From positions 9,306 through 73,305 of the forward strand of contig JAUZQQ010000027.1 in assembly GCA_030950905.1 (NCBI GenBank): a stretch of DNA of 64,000 nucleotides. The letters are read 5' to 3'. A program made the position numbers and the translations under genes. This stretch comes from Mariprofundaceae bacterium (GTDB lineage Bacteria; Pseudomonadota; Zetaproteobacteria; Mariprofundales; Mariprofundaceae). This document shows positions 19,917-29,877 of this stretch, one piece after another. The notes below the pieces were generated by a model that saw nothing but the letters and a program-made list of their open reading frames with translations, was not told the DNA's origin and searched no databases. How positions within the stretch are numbered: position 1 is the first letter of the stretch; every line of letters begins with the position of its first letter.

Positions 19917-22103
19917 TTAAGCATTTAAGATGCGATCATACATCCGTAAAATTTTACGCACCCGTGCTTGCAATTTCATCGGCTCTAACGGCTTAAAAAT
20001 ATAATCATCAGCACCTGATTCTAGCCCAAGCACCTCATCATCTTCGTCGCGTCTTGACGTTAACATAACCACAGCAATACCATTGTAACGCTTTTGCTCA
20101 CGAATCTTCAATACCAATTCAGGGCCTGTCATATTGGGCATTTCATAATCGGTCAAAACAAGGTCAATTTGCCCAGACATTCGCTGCGTGGTCTCCCATC
20201 CTTGTTGACCATCTTCGGCCTCGATTACATCATAACCCTCTGATTGCAATACAAAACGAACCAAGCTGCGAATACTTTTGGAATCATCAACCACCAAAAT
20301 AGTTTTTTGATCACTGCTCGTTTTTTTAGAGCTTTGTACGGCTGCAGCCGCAGCCAGTTCATCGCCCAAGGTCATGAGCGACCCATCTTCATTGAGTCGA
20401 TCAGACAAACTAAATTCTTCTAAGGGCAAGGAGTTGCGCAATACCTCATCCATCGTGGTGATGCCCATCAGTGCCTTATTAAGACCATCTTCAAACAATG
20501 AAAACATGTGTTCTTCACGGGCTGCTGTGGCCAAATCACGGTTGCTTGCACTGCGTGCAATCATGTCACTGATCCGATCGCTTACATACAATACTTCATG
20601 CACGCCGACGCGGCCTTTGTAGCCAATATTCATGCATTCTTTGCAACCCACTGGCACATACAGCTCAAACCCCTCGGGGAAGCCAAAACGCTCCGCTATT
20701 CCTTCGGGAACCACTTCTTTTTTCTTGCACTTTTTACATAAACGACGCGCCAAACGTTGCGCCACCACCATGCTGATGGCCGAGGCTGCCACAGCGGTAT
20801 CAATATCCATTTCAACCAAGCGTGATATCGTTGATGCAGCATCATTGGTATGCAATGTTGATAATACCAAATGCCCTGTTTGTGCGGCATGCATGGCAAT
20901 ATGTGCGGTTTCATTATCACGGATTTCCCCCAACATCACCACGTCAGGGTCTTGGCGCAAAATCGAACGCAGTGCGGCTGAAAATGTCATGCCTGCCTTG
21001 ACGTTCACCTGCACCTGATTGATCCCTTTAAGCTGAAACTCAACAGGGTCTTCCACGGTCACAATGTTGGTTTCAATATCGTTGATATGATTAAGAAAGG
21101 AATAAAGCGTGGTTGTTTTTCCACTGCCTGTGGGGCCTGTTACCAGCACTGCGCCCGTAGGCCTTGCTATGCATTCACGAATACGTTGATCGGCACGTTT
21201 TTCAAAACCCAAAATGTCCAAGTCCAGTGATAAACCACTTTTATCCAAAATACGCATGACACATTTTTCACCAAACAAGGCGGGCAATGTAGACACACGC
21301 ACATCAAAGCTCTTTCCCCAGAGTTTTATTTTTAGACGGCCATCTTGCGGTGTTCGGGTATTAGAAATATCCAACTTGGACATGATTTTTATACGGGAAA
21401 TGGCCACGTGATGGACTTTAACAGGAAATTGTAAAGCCTTACGCAAGCGACCGTCAACACGCATGCGTACAACAGTGGCGCGTTCGCCTGCTTCAATATG
21501 AATATCTGAACTACCAAGCTTCATGGCTTGTACAAAAATACCATTGATCAACTTAATAATCGGTGATTGCGCGGCTCCTTTTTTGATGGAAGCAATGTCG
21601 GTATCTTCTTTTTCTTCCTCTTCTTCCACATCCATCTCGTCACCACCGAGACCAGTCATGGCATCTTCAAAGGCCGCATCACCTTGATAAAAATCACGTA
21701 TTTTTTTACGGATCACATCAGGTCTTGCAAAAATAGCACGAACCCGTTCACCCAGCTTAAATTGCAAGGCATCCAAGGATTGAAAATCCATAGGGTTGCC
21801 CGTTGCGATAATCATTTCCCCGTTTTTTTCATCAACAGGGACAAAACCATAATCGTTACATAATGACTCAGGGCATTTTGCCAGCAGCTTTTCAGAGGGT
21901 GTGAAGTGAGCAATATCAAGAAACGGGGCTTTATAAAGCCCCGCAAGTATTTGCATGATTTTTTCGCCATCGACGCCTTCAAGCATCAAGATGGAATACA
22001 GCAAACCAAACTTTTTTGTCTCTGAATTTGCCATTGCATCGTTTAACTGTTCGTCAGTTACGACACCTTGCGCAATCAGGTGTTGCCTGTGTTTCAATAG
22101 CAT
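19917..22103 (-). CDS. GspE/PilB-family secretion ATPase fused to a C-terminal response-regulator receiver (REC) domain
   Basis: T2SSE_N-like N-terminus, Walker A GPTGSGKTTT, Asp box/Walker B LRQDPDVVMLGEIRD, His box TGHLVLSTLHTN, and tetracysteine CKKC...CKEC. REC spans about the last 125 aa (nt about 19920-20303): ILVVDDS, phospho-acceptor context LVLTDYEMP, and conserved Lys in YIFKPLEP. Confidence 0.85.
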   Translation of the reverse strand: MLLKHRQHLIAQGVVTDEQLNDAMANSETKKFGLLYSILMLEGVDGEKIMQILAGLYKAPFLDIAHFTPSEKLLAKCPESLCNDYGFVPVDEKNGEMIIATGNPMDFQSLDALQFKLGERVRAIFARPDVIRKKIRDFYQGDAAFEDAMTGLGGDEMDVEEEEEKEDTDIASIKKGAAQSPIIKLINGIFVQAMKLGSSDIHIEAGERATVVRMRVDGRLRKALQFPVKVHHVAISRIKIMSKLDISNTRTPQDGRLKIKLWGKSFDVRVSTLPALFGEKCVMRILDKSGLSLDLDILGFEKRADQRIRECIARPTGAVLVTGPTGSGKTTTLYSFLNHINDIETNIVTVEDPVEFQLKGINQVQVNVKAGMTFSAALRSILRQDPDVVMLGEIRDNETAHIAMHAAQTGHLVLSTLHTNDAASTISRLVEMDIDTAVAASAISMVVAQRLARRLCKKCKKKEVVPEGIAERFGFPEGFELYVPVGCKECMNIGYKGRVGVHEVLYVSDRISDMIARSASNRDLATAAREEHMFSLFEDGLNKALMGITTMDEVLRNSLPLEEFSLSDRLNEDGSLMTLGDELAAAAAVQSSKKTSSDQKTILVVDDSKSIRSLVRFVLQSEGYDVIEAEDGQQGWETTQRMSGQIDLVLTDYEMPNMTGPELVLKIREQKRYNGIAVVMLTSRRDEDDEVLGLESGADDYIFKPLEPMKLQARVRKILRMYDRILNA

Positions 22104-22187
22104 GGACTATTTATTTTCCTCATTATTTATTCTTTCCAGAGATTACAGTGCTAGGGAAGGTAAGCCCACTTCGTCGAAAATCAAGTG

Positions 22188-23330
22188 CTATCCTATCTTA
22201 AACGAAAAGCCCACCCTACGCTGTAACCACTGAAACCACCCTTGTTCTACCAGTGTCGGCATGCGATCGTGCGTGGCGCGATAAAATAACCAAAACCCCA
22301 GCAGTAAAAAAACCGCTTGCCCCAGCCACATGACCCACCATGCAGCATCGCCGTGGGTCACTTGTTGATGCAAGGCCAATTGCACATTGTAGAGCAACAC
22401 CATCAACGCAATCCCCAAGATATAAGCGCTGGATTTGGATGCCCGTTTGACCGTATGGGACAAGGGCAGACAAAACAAAAACAATACCAGCAACGTTGTT
22501 GGCATCAACAAACGACGGTGCCATTCGGCCACAATATCAGGGCGGGCATTGCCCTCTTGTATTGCTGCCAACAATTCTGTGCCTTGCATTTCAAAAGAAC
22601 GCGCTTGCCACGTTGGTATTTTAAGCAAACCCAAAGCACCAAGATCCATGCCTATTTGATAGCGTTCAAAAGAAATAGAGCGCAATTTTTTGCCATCGCC
22701 TTCTAATCGAACGCCATCAAACAAAGTAAACCGCAATACATCGCCAATACGCTCCAAGGTTGCAGATTTGGCCATATACACCACCGAAACCGATGAACGG
22801 CGGTCTTCTAGCATAAAACCCTTGAAGCGACCATCAGCATCTTGGCCTTGCACATAAACGGTAAAATTTTCTAAATCTTGATTAAAACGAAGCGGTTCAA
22901 AACCTGGTGCTGGCTTCATTTTTTGAATAGCCATCAACAGACCTTGAAATAACTTTTGCCCTTGCGGCATCCATTGCATGGCGGTGACTTCCAGCAACAT
23001 AGCCAGCACCACGGCAAGCAACAACAACGAGCGAAACAAGCGCAAAAACGATATGCCTGCCGCACGAAAAGCATCCATCTCGCTGGTCTCGTACAAACGC
23101 AGCACCACATGCTGCATGGCGAAGAAAAAAGCCATCGGTACGGTGATCAATAAAAAATAAGGAAGAATCGCAAACAGCATAGAGACCATCAGTCCCCACT
23201 CAATGCCTTTGTCGGCAAACAGGGCGAGTAATTTTAATACCCGCCCCAGCAAAAGCATACCTACCACCACGATCAACGCACCAACAAAAGGCATAAACCA
23301 TAGCCGAAGAATATAACGATCCAGCACCAT
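22188..23330 (-). CDS. LptF/LptG family (YjgP/YjgQ) LPS export permease
   Basis: N-terminus MVLDRYILRLWFMPFVGAL is typical of the family. Six TM segments flank a periplasmic beta-jellyroll-sized insert. Confidence 0.75.
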   Translation of the reverse strand: MVLDRYILRLWFMPFVGALIVVVGMLLLGRVLKLLALFADKGIEWGLMVSMLFAILPYFLLITVPMAFFFAMQHVVLRLYETSEMDAFRAAGISFLRLFRSLLLLAVVLAMLLEVTAMQWMPQGQKLFQGLLMAIQKMKPAPGFEPLRFNQDLENFTVYVQGQDADGRFKGFMLEDRRSSVSVVYMAKSATLERIGDVLRFTLFDGVRLEGDGKKLRSISFERYQIGMDLGALGLLKIPTWQARSFEMQGTELLAAIQEGNARPDIVAEWHRRLLMPTTLLVLFLFCLPLSHTVKRASKSSAYILGIALMVLLYNVQLALHQQVTHGDAAWWVMWLGQAVFLLLGFWLFYRATHDRMPTLVEQGWFQWLQRRVGFSFKIG

Positions 23331-23363
23331 ATTTTTGCCTGCTTGCTTACTTAATGTAGACCT

Positions 23364-24788
23364 TTACAGCAACGCCTTCAAACGTGTATTGACCACCGAA
23401 GGGTTCGCTTGACCACGGGTTGCTTTCATCACTTGCCCGACAAAAAAACCAAATAATTTATCCCGCCCACCACGGTATTGTTCCACCTGTTTAGGGTTTG
23501 CCTCAATGATCTCTTTGATCAGGGCATCAATAGCCCCAGTGTCTGAGACTTGCTTCAAACCTTTTTCTTCGATGATTTGATCGGCAGATTGCCCTGTTTT
23601 TATCATGGTGTCCAAGACATCTTTGGCAATTTTTCCAGAAATTGTACCGTCGTCGATACGATCCAACAGTACAGCCAAGGTTTTTGCATCAATGGGTGCG
23701 TTGCTGATGTTTTGCCCTTGTTCATTCAAACGGCCAAGCAATTCATTGGCCATCCAGTTGGCACAACGCTTGGGGTCTTTAGGGTGCGCTGCGACGAGTT
23801 GTTCGTACCAAGTGGCAAGATCACGGGTTTGTGTTAATACATCGGCATCGTAGGCGGACAAGCCATATTCCTCTTCAAAGCGTTGCCGCAATTGTGGGGG
23901 TAATTCAGGCATGCCAGCACGAATAAGTGCCACTTCTTCGGCAGAGATCCGAAGCGGTGGTAGATCGGGTTCTGGAAAATAACGGTAATCATGCGCTTCT
24001 TCTTTGCTGCGCATGGAACGAGTTTCGCCTTTGACAGAATCGTACAAACGGGTTTCTTGCACCACCGTGCCGCCATCTTCGATTAATTCAATTTGACGAA
24101 TCACCTCGTATTCGATGCCTTGTTTGATAAAGCGAAATGAATTTAAATTTTTTAATTCAGCGCGTGTTCCCAAAGGTGCGCCAAACTGACGAACCGAAAC
24201 ATTGGCATCGCAACGAAATTGACCTTTTTCCATATTGCCACCTGAAACATCCAAAAAACGAATCAATTGATGCAATTGTTTCAAATAGGCGATGGCCTCA
24301 TCGGCACTGCGCATATCAGGCTCGGAGACAACCTCCATCAACGGCACACCTGAACGGTTTAAATCAATATGCGAAACAGCATCTAAACCTTCGTGCATGG
24401 ATTTCCCTGCATCCTCTTCCATATGAATACGGGTGATGCCGATGCGTTTTTTCCCATCGTTGCTGGCAATGTCCAAGTAACCACCGTCCACTAACGGCAC
24501 GGAAAATTGAGTGATTTGATAACCTTTTGGTAAATCAGGGTAAAAATAGTTCTTGCGATCAAAACGTGATTCTAAATTAATGGTGGCGTTGATGGCCAGA
24601 CCTGTAAGAATCGTTTTATCAACAGCAATATGATTTAATACGGGCAACTGCCCTGGCATACCAAGGCAAACGGGGCAGGTTTGACTGTTTGGTTCTGCGC
24701 CAAAAGCGGTGGAACATCCACAAAACGCCTTGGTTTTGCTGTTGATCTGCACATGGACTTCAAGGCCAATGACAACTTCCCAACTCAT
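23364..24788 (-). CDS. gatB: Asp/Glu-tRNA amidotransferase subunit B
   Basis: True start [14 protein letters not shown] at ATG 24788, which forms an ATGA overlap with the gatA stop. The track's 37-codon N-terminal extension to 24899 lies inside gatA and is rejected. Confidence 0.93.
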   Translation of the reverse strand: MSWEVVIGLEVHVQINSKTKAFCGCSTAFGAEPNSQTCPVCLGMPGQLPVLNHIAVDKTILTGLAINATINLESRFDRKNYFYPDLPKGYQITQFSVPLVDGGYLDIASNDGKKRIGITRIHMEEDAGKSMHEGLDAVSHIDLNRSGVPLMEVVSEPDMRSADEAIAYLKQLHQLIRFLDVSGGNMEKGQFRCDANVSVRQFGAPLGTRAELKNLNSFRFIKQGIEYEVIRQIELIEDGGTVVQETRLYDSVKGETRSMRSKEEAHDYRYFPEPDLPPLRISAEEVALIRAGMPELPPQLRQRFEEEYGLSAYDADVLTQTRDLATWYEQLVAAHPKDPKRCANWMANELLGRLNEQGQNISNAPIDAKTLAVLLDRIDDGTISGKIAKDVLDTMIKTGQSADQIIEEKGLKQVSDTGAIDALIKEIIEANPKQVEQYRGGRDKLFGFFVGQVMKATRGQANPSVVNTRLKALL

Positions 24789-26257
24789 GCTGCATCTCCT
24801 GTAAATAATGCGGGGTGTTGGCGATGCCACGCTGTTGCTGCTTCGTACGCTGCTGCGGCTGATAGTACAGCCCCTTCTTGCCAAGCAGGGGCAATCCATT
24901 GTAAACCAACGGGCAAATCATCAGCCATACCGCACGGCTGCGACAAGGCAGGTAAACCCGCCAAGTTGACGGCAATGGTGAACACATCGGATAAATACAT
25001 GGTCAAAGGATCATCGGTTTTTTCGCCAATACGAAAAGCGGGAACGGGGCTGGTTGGCGTAGCCATTACATCAACGTGTTCAAAGGCATGTTCAAAATCT
25101 TGACGAATCAAGGTGCGAACTTGTTGTGCCTTTAAATAATAGGCATCGTAGTAGCCTGAAGATAACGCGAAAGCCCCCGTTAAAATGCGCCGTTTCACTT
25201 CTTCGCCAAAGCCTTCATCACGGCTGCGCGTGTACATGTCCAACAAATCCTCAGGGGAATCACAACGATGACCAAAACGAACCGCATCGTAGCGGGATAA
25301 ATTTGCCGATGCTTCTGATGGTGCAATCACATAATAAGCGGCTACCGCATACTTGGTGTGGGGCAATGAAACATCGATGATTTCTGCACCCAATTTACGG
25401 CATTGTTCCAGCGCAGCATCCACCGATGCACGCACACCATCATGCATGCCATCAATAAAATATTCACGCGGGCGCCCAATTTTTAGCCCTGTCATATCAC
25501 GCGATTCACATGCGCCCAACCAATCAACACGGGGCGCATCGGCGACCGAGGTGGCATCGGCAGGGTCATGACCGCTGATTACAGCGCCAATCATCGCTGC
25601 ATCCCGTACGGTTTGTGTCATCGGGCCTGCTTGATCCAGCGAGGAAGCAAAGGCAATAATACCACGGCGAGAGACGCGCCCATAGGTGGGTTTTAAACCT
25701 GTAATACCGCACAAGGCCGCAGGCTGACGAATAGAGCCACCTGTATCCGTGCCAATCGCAGCAGGGGTTAAAGCCGCTGCCACTGCCGCTGCCGACCCGC
25801 CCGATGAACCCCCCGGAATAGTTGCTGTATTCCAAGGATTTCGGCATGTGCCAAAAGCCGATGTTTCGGTCGATGAACCCATGGCAAATTCATCCATGTT
25901 TGTTTTACCGACCAAAACTGCGCCGGCTTCTTTTAAGCGGGTAATGACATGCGCATCGTACGGTGCATGGTAATTATGAAGAATCTTAGAGCAGCATTGG
26001 GTGGGACCATTGCTGGTACAAAAAATATCTTTTACTGCAATAGGTAGTCCTTCAAGCAGCCGCGCACCATGGGTTGCACGGTAGGCATCCGATGCCCCTG
26101 CCTGCGCCAACACATGCGGTACATTGCAATCAACAAAGGCGTTCAAGCCAGGGTTGTATTTTTGGATTCGATCCAAGTAGTGCTGCGCAAGGGCAACGGC
26201 TGTTGTTTCGCCAGCGTCTAAACGCTGTTGTAAACAGGTTAATGAACTAAAAGCCAT
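24785..26257 (-). CDS. gatA: Glutamyl-tRNA(Gln) amidotransferase subunit A
   Basis: Amidase signature [13 protein letters not shown], with catalytic Lys/Ser context (IAVKDIF). Confidence 0.95.
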   Translation of the reverse strand: MAFSSLTCLQQRLDAGETTAVALAQHYLDRIQKYNPGLNAFVDCNVPHVLAQAGASDAYRATHGARLLEGLPIAVKDIFCTSNGPTQCCSKILHNYHAPYDAHVITRLKEAGAVLVGKTNMDEFAMGSSTETSAFGTCRNPWNTATIPGGSSGGSAAAVAAALTPAAIGTDTGGSIRQPAALCGITGLKPTYGRVSRRGIIAFASSLDQAGPMTQTVRDAAMIGAVISGHDPADATSVADAPRVDWLGACESRDMTGLKIGRPREYFIDGMHDGVRASVDAALEQCRKLGAEIIDVSLPHTKYAVAAYYVIAPSEASANLSRYDAVRFGHRCDSPEDLLDMYTRSRDEGFGEEVKRRILTGAFALSSGYYDAYYLKAQQVRTLIRQDFEHAFEHVDVMATPTSPVPAFRIGEKTDDPLTMYLSDVFTIAVNLAGLPALSQPCGMADDLPVGLQWIAPAWQEGAVLSAAAAYEAATAWHRQHPALFTGDAA

Positions 26258-26265
26258 GGGTTCCT

Positions 26266-26571
26266 CTATTCAATTACTTTTGGCACAACGTACAGGCCCG
26301 ACTCGGTTAAAGGGGCAGGTTTTTGCAAGGCATCGCGCTTATTGGTATTGCTCACAACATCAGCACGCAAGGGCATCGCCGCATCATGCGGATGGGCAGT
26401 TGCTGTTACACCATCGGTATCCACTTCGGCCAATTGCTCAATATAAGCCATAATACTGGTTAATTGCGGGCCTAAATCGCGGGTCTCTTGCTCGGTTAAT
26501 CGTATGCGTGCCAACATGGCAACTTTTTTGACATCAATATCCACAGATGGCCTCGTTTTATTTTTTATCAT
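26266..26571 (-). CDS. gatC: Asp/Glu-tRNA amidotransferase subunit C
   Basis: About 100 aa, VKKVAMLARIRLTEQE pattern, directly upstream of gatA. Confidence 0.85.
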   Translation of the reverse strand: MIKNKTRPSVDIDVKKVAMLARIRLTEQETRDLGPQLTSIMAYIEQLAEVDTDGVTATAHPHDAAMPLRADVVSNTNKRDALQKPAPLTESGLYVVPKVIE

Positions 26572-26583
26572 CGCCCGTACCCA

Positions 26584-27984
26584 TCAATCGCCTCTACAAA
26601 GCGTATCAACCAATTGCTTCACGCTTGGAACAAAACCATTGGTATACAAAGGATCATCTGCAAAACGGTAGGCAGTATGGCCTGCAAACATCAAATTACG
26701 GTCGAGTATACCGTCATGGGCAATGTCTTGTAAGGTTTTCTGAATACAAAAACTGCGGGGGTCAGCTTTACGCCCCGTTGTTCCTCGGTCATTTGCCGCC
26801 CAGTTAGAAAATTTACATTGGGACAAACACCCCATGCAATTTAACTGATCTTGTCGGATCTCTTGTGCTTTTTCTTCGCTGGCAAAAATTAATGTGGAAT
26901 CAGGCGTGGGCAAAGCTTTGCTAAAACCATCGTTGATCCATTCTTCGGCGCGTTTGGCATCCTGATGGGTAACAAAAACGATTTTGTCGCGAACCCCAAA
27001 AGTAAATGCTTCAACATGATCACCAGCAGGGTGATCAACAAAAGCGATTTCACGATCCGATCTAGCATACAACTCATGAAGAAAAGAATTGTATACAGCA
27101 GAAGAATAAAAACCCGTTGGTGAAAAACGATTCAACTGAATATCACCCTCTTTTAATTGCAGCAAGCGCGCCTTCCATGCATCGGAAATAGGGCTTTCTT
27201 GGGTCATTAATGGCCGCGTGCCTAATTGGAAAACAATCAAGCCAATCTCTGGATTGTCTAGCCAATCGGTCCATTCACGCAAGCACCATACCCCACCAGC
27301 CATTACAATCGGAGTTTCTTGCAGACCAAATTCATTCATGGTTTTGCGCAATAACGCAACACGTTGGTACGGTGACTCTGGTTTTTTAGGATCTTCTGAG
27401 TTGGAAAGACCATTGTGGCCACCAGCAAGCCATGGGTCTTCATAAACCACCCCCCCCAGCCATTCGGGGGCTTTGCGATAAGAGCGCAGCCATAAGGCGC
27501 GAAATGCACGCGCAGAAGAAATAATAGGGTAATAATACACCCGGTGTTTTGCCGCCAATGGTGCAAGACGAAAGGGCATACCAGCACCACAAGTCACACC
27601 GTCAATAAGATGAGAGGCTTGCTCCAATACGCCGTTTAGTACGCGTTCTGCACCACCCATTTCCCACAACACATTCATGTGCAAGCGACCACGCCCAGCA
27701 GCAATTTCGTGGGCAACACGCGCCTGACGAACACCACCAGCAATAGCCTGTGTTACCAACTCTTCAAACCGCTCTTTGCGACTCCGACCATGGTATACGG
27801 TGCGCACAATATTGCCTGATTCATCAAGCTGATCGGCATTAACCGCAGAAAATGTGCCAATGCTGCCAGCAGCAGCCCATGCGCCAGCACTTTCCCCCGT
27901 AGAAATAGCCACACCTTTTCCGCCTTCAACAAGCGGTAATACTTCTTTGCCTGAAAGCATCATTGGAGAAATATGAAATGACAT
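26584..27984 (-). CDS. FMN-dependent nitronate monooxygenase / FabK-like flavoprotein (long 466-aa form)
   Basis: TIM-barrel NMO/FabK-like pattern (VEGGKGVAIS, GVTCGAGMPF, IVMAGGVW) with a Cys-containing C-terminal extension (CMGCLSQC). The family call is by eye only. Confidence 0.5.
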   Translation of the reverse strand: MSFHISPMMLSGKEVLPLVEGGKGVAISTGESAGAWAAAGSIGTFSAVNADQLDESGNIVRTVYHGRSRKERFEELVTQAIAGGVRQARVAHEIAAGRGRLHMNVLWEMGGAERVLNGVLEQASHLIDGVTCGAGMPFRLAPLAAKHRVYYYPIISSARAFRALWLRSYRKAPEWLGGVVYEDPWLAGGHNGLSNSEDPKKPESPYQRVALLRKTMNEFGLQETPIVMAGGVWCLREWTDWLDNPEIGLIVFQLGTRPLMTQESPISDAWKARLLQLKEGDIQLNRFSPTGFYSSAVYNSFLHELYARSDREIAFVDHPAGDHVEAFTFGVRDKIVFVTHQDAKRAEEWINDGFSKALPTPDSTLIFASEEKAQEIRQDQLNCMGCLSQCKFSNWAANDRGTTGRKADPRSFCIQKTLQDIAHDGILDRNLMFAGHTAYRFADDPLYTNGFVPSVKQLVDTLCRGD

Positions 27985-28127
27985 GAACGTCCCTTAAATC
28001 CAGTTTTCCATTGCAAAATACGGCGTGTTTAAAAAAACAGCCGTTGCGCAATCAGCCCAAGCTAACGCGCATGCACTTTTTTGACCAGTTGATTTTTCCC
28101 ACCGTACACCCACCGCTGTAAAGGAAG

Positions 28128-29477
28128 TCAATGCATACCCGGTATTTTCATGCCAGCAGCCATTTGAGCCATCATGCGCTGACCTTTTTTCCCTTTAACT
28201 TTTTTCATCATTTTTTGCATTTGTTGAAATTGTTTAAGCATGCGATTTAATTCCATGACGCTGGTTCCTGAACCAACGGCAATGCGTTTTTTCCTGCTGG
28301 CATTTAACAGGCGGGGAAACTGCCGTTCTTTTGATGTCATGGAAGAGACCATGGCTTGCATGCGTTTGAAAACAGATTCATCAATCTGTGAAACAGTGTC
28401 CGTAGAAAGTTTAACGCCAGGGATCATTTTCATCATGCTTGACATGCCCCCCATTTTTTTCATCTGCCCCAATTGATCAGAGAAATCCATTAAATCAAAA
28501 GTGCCTTTGTTCACTTTGCGCGCCAGCCGAGCCGCTTGCTCTTCATCAACATTGGCCTGTATTTTTTCAACCAGTCCGACCACATCACCCTGACCAAGGA
28601 TGCGACCTGCCATACGTTCTGGATCAAACACCTCAAAGGCATCAACTTTTTCACCTGTGCCAACAAAACGAACGGGAACTTGCGTACTAAAAGCAACAGA
28701 AAGTGCAGCACCGCCACGCACATCGGCATCTGTTTTGCTTAAAATGCAGCCCGAGAGGGAAACCGTAGCATGAAAGTCTTCAGCAATTTTTAAAGCTGTT
28801 TGCCCTGTCATCGCATCAAGCACCAGCAAGCGTTCGGCCGCTTGAATGCCCGTGGCAATCTCTTCAATTTCAGCCATCAACCCTTCATCAACCACTTGCC
28901 TGCCTGCTGTATCCAAAATCAACACATGATGGCCGCCAAGCCGCGCCTGATGCAGTGCAGACTGCGCCATTTTCAAGGCCGAACCAGCTTCATTTTCAGT
29001 TGAGATATAAGGCACGCCGACTTGGCTTGCAAGTACACGCAATTGCTCACGGGCTGCGGGGCGCGTCGCATCAACACTTGTTACGGCAACCTTCTTGCCT
29101 TCTTTTTTTAACATACGTGCCAATTTGCCAGCAGTGGTGGTTTTGCCTGCACCTTGCAAGCCACAGAGCAAAATAACAGAAGGAATGGCCGCGAGATTCA
29201 AGGGGCGTTGTTTTCCACCTAGAATGTCGCCCAATACGTCGTGAAGGATTTTAATAATAACTTGCCCTGGCTGTAGGCTTTTGGCAACTTCCTCCCCGAG
29301 TGCTTGCTTGCGCACCTGTTCTATAAGGTGGTACACAACAGGCAAGGCCACATCGGCTTCTAATAATGCCAAGCGCATTTGGCGCAACGTAGCATCAAGG
29401 TCAGCCTCAGTAATGCGAACGGTTTTTCGCAGCTTGGCAGTAATATCACCCAATTTTTGACTTAAACGATCAAACAT
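28128..29477 (-). CDS. ffh: Signal recognition particle protein
   Basis: G-domain motifs GLQGAGKTTT, DTAGR and TKTDAD, and a Met-rich M domain (MKKMGGMSSMMKM). Confidence 0.96.
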   Translation of the reverse strand: MFDRLSQKLGDITAKLRKTVRITEADLDATLRQMRLALLEADVALPVVYHLIEQVRKQALGEEVAKSLQPGQVIIKILHDVLGDILGGKQRPLNLAAIPSVILLCGLQGAGKTTTAGKLARMLKKEGKKVAVTSVDATRPAAREQLRVLASQVGVPYISTENEAGSALKMAQSALHQARLGGHHVLILDTAGRQVVDEGLMAEIEEIATGIQAAERLLVLDAMTGQTALKIAEDFHATVSLSGCILSKTDADVRGGAALSVAFSTQVPVRFVGTGEKVDAFEVFDPERMAGRILGQGDVVGLVEKIQANVDEEQAARLARKVNKGTFDLMDFSDQLGQMKKMGGMSSMMKMIPGVKLSTDTVSQIDESVFKRMQAMVSSMTSKERQFPRLLNASRKKRIAVGSGTSVMELNRMLKQFQQMQKMMKKVKGKKGQRMMAQMAAGMKIPGMH

Positions 29478-29531
29478 ACAAAACTCACTTTTGTGGCCAG
29501 GGGCTGTCCTAGGTTACTGTTTAAAAATAAA

Positions 29532-29553
29532 AAGGCCTCCAAATGGAGGCCTT
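29532..29553 (-). terminator. Rho-independent terminator downstream of tRNA-Gln
   Basis: Perfect 9-bp stem AAGGCCTCC / GGAGGCCTT with a 4-nt loop. On the minus strand it is followed by TTTATTTTTAA. Confidence 0.75.
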
Positions 29554-29559
29554 GGATTT

Positions 29560-29633
29560 TGGCTGGGGGACAAGGATTCGAACCTTGGTTGGCGGAGTCA
29601 GAGTCCGCAGTCCTGCCGCTAGACGATCCCCCA
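29560..29633 (-). tRNA. tRNA-Gln (anticodon CTG)
   Basis: The minus strand reads TGGGGGATCGTCTAGCGGCAGGACTGCGGACTCTGACTCCGCCAACCAAGGTTCGAATCCTTGTCCCCCAGCCA. 7-bp acceptor stem (U1-A72 as in bacterial tRNA-Gln), anticodon stem GCGGA/TCCGC with loop CTCTGAC, T-arm CAAGG-TTCGAAT-CCTTG, and encoded CCA. Confidence 0.9.
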
Positions 29634-29798
29634 AAGGCAGGCGGCGAACTTTAACCGTGTCAGGCAATGTTTTCAACAGAACAAAGATAAGTTGTCGGAT
29701 CATGGCTTTTTCATTAAAAATTAAGTATGGTACAAGCTGAAAATAATACAGATAAAAATAAAATATCGGGGTTCAAGCAATGGTTTTTCGTTGTGGAC

Positions 29799-29816
29799 AA
29801 ACCTATTAATAGGTTT
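29799..29816. promoter_or_regulatory. Perfect 18-bp palindrome, candidate operator upstream of the HD-domain gene
   Basis: AAACCTATTAATAGGTTT is perfectly self-complementary and lies 62 nt upstream of ATG 29878. The half-site 10-mer TAATAGGTTT recurs at 29845-29854. Confidence 0.4.
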
Positions 29817-29877
29817 ATGTTTCGGTTGCTTGTATGCTTAATAATAATAGGTTTTTCTTGCTACAAAAGGTGATAAT

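Noticed and set aside
21990-22103. Possible MshEN-type c-di-GMP-binding motif at the N-terminus of the GspE-REC protein (HRQHLIAQGVVTDEQLNDAM)
   Set aside because: Only the hydrophobic/Gly core of the 24-residue motif is present. The leading RLG and trailing Q positions do not match, and there is no second copy. This is generic T2SSE_N similarity.
24789-24899. 37-codon N-terminal extension of gatB in the ORF track
   Set aside because: The extension lies wholly within the gatA coding sequence. The conserved GatB N-terminus ([14 protein letters not shown]) starts at ATG 24788, which forms an ATGA overlap with the gatA stop.
29521-29740. Track ORFs 29521..29703(-) and 29543..29740(+)
   Set aside because: Both overlap the tRNA-Gln gene and its terminator, so they are spurious.
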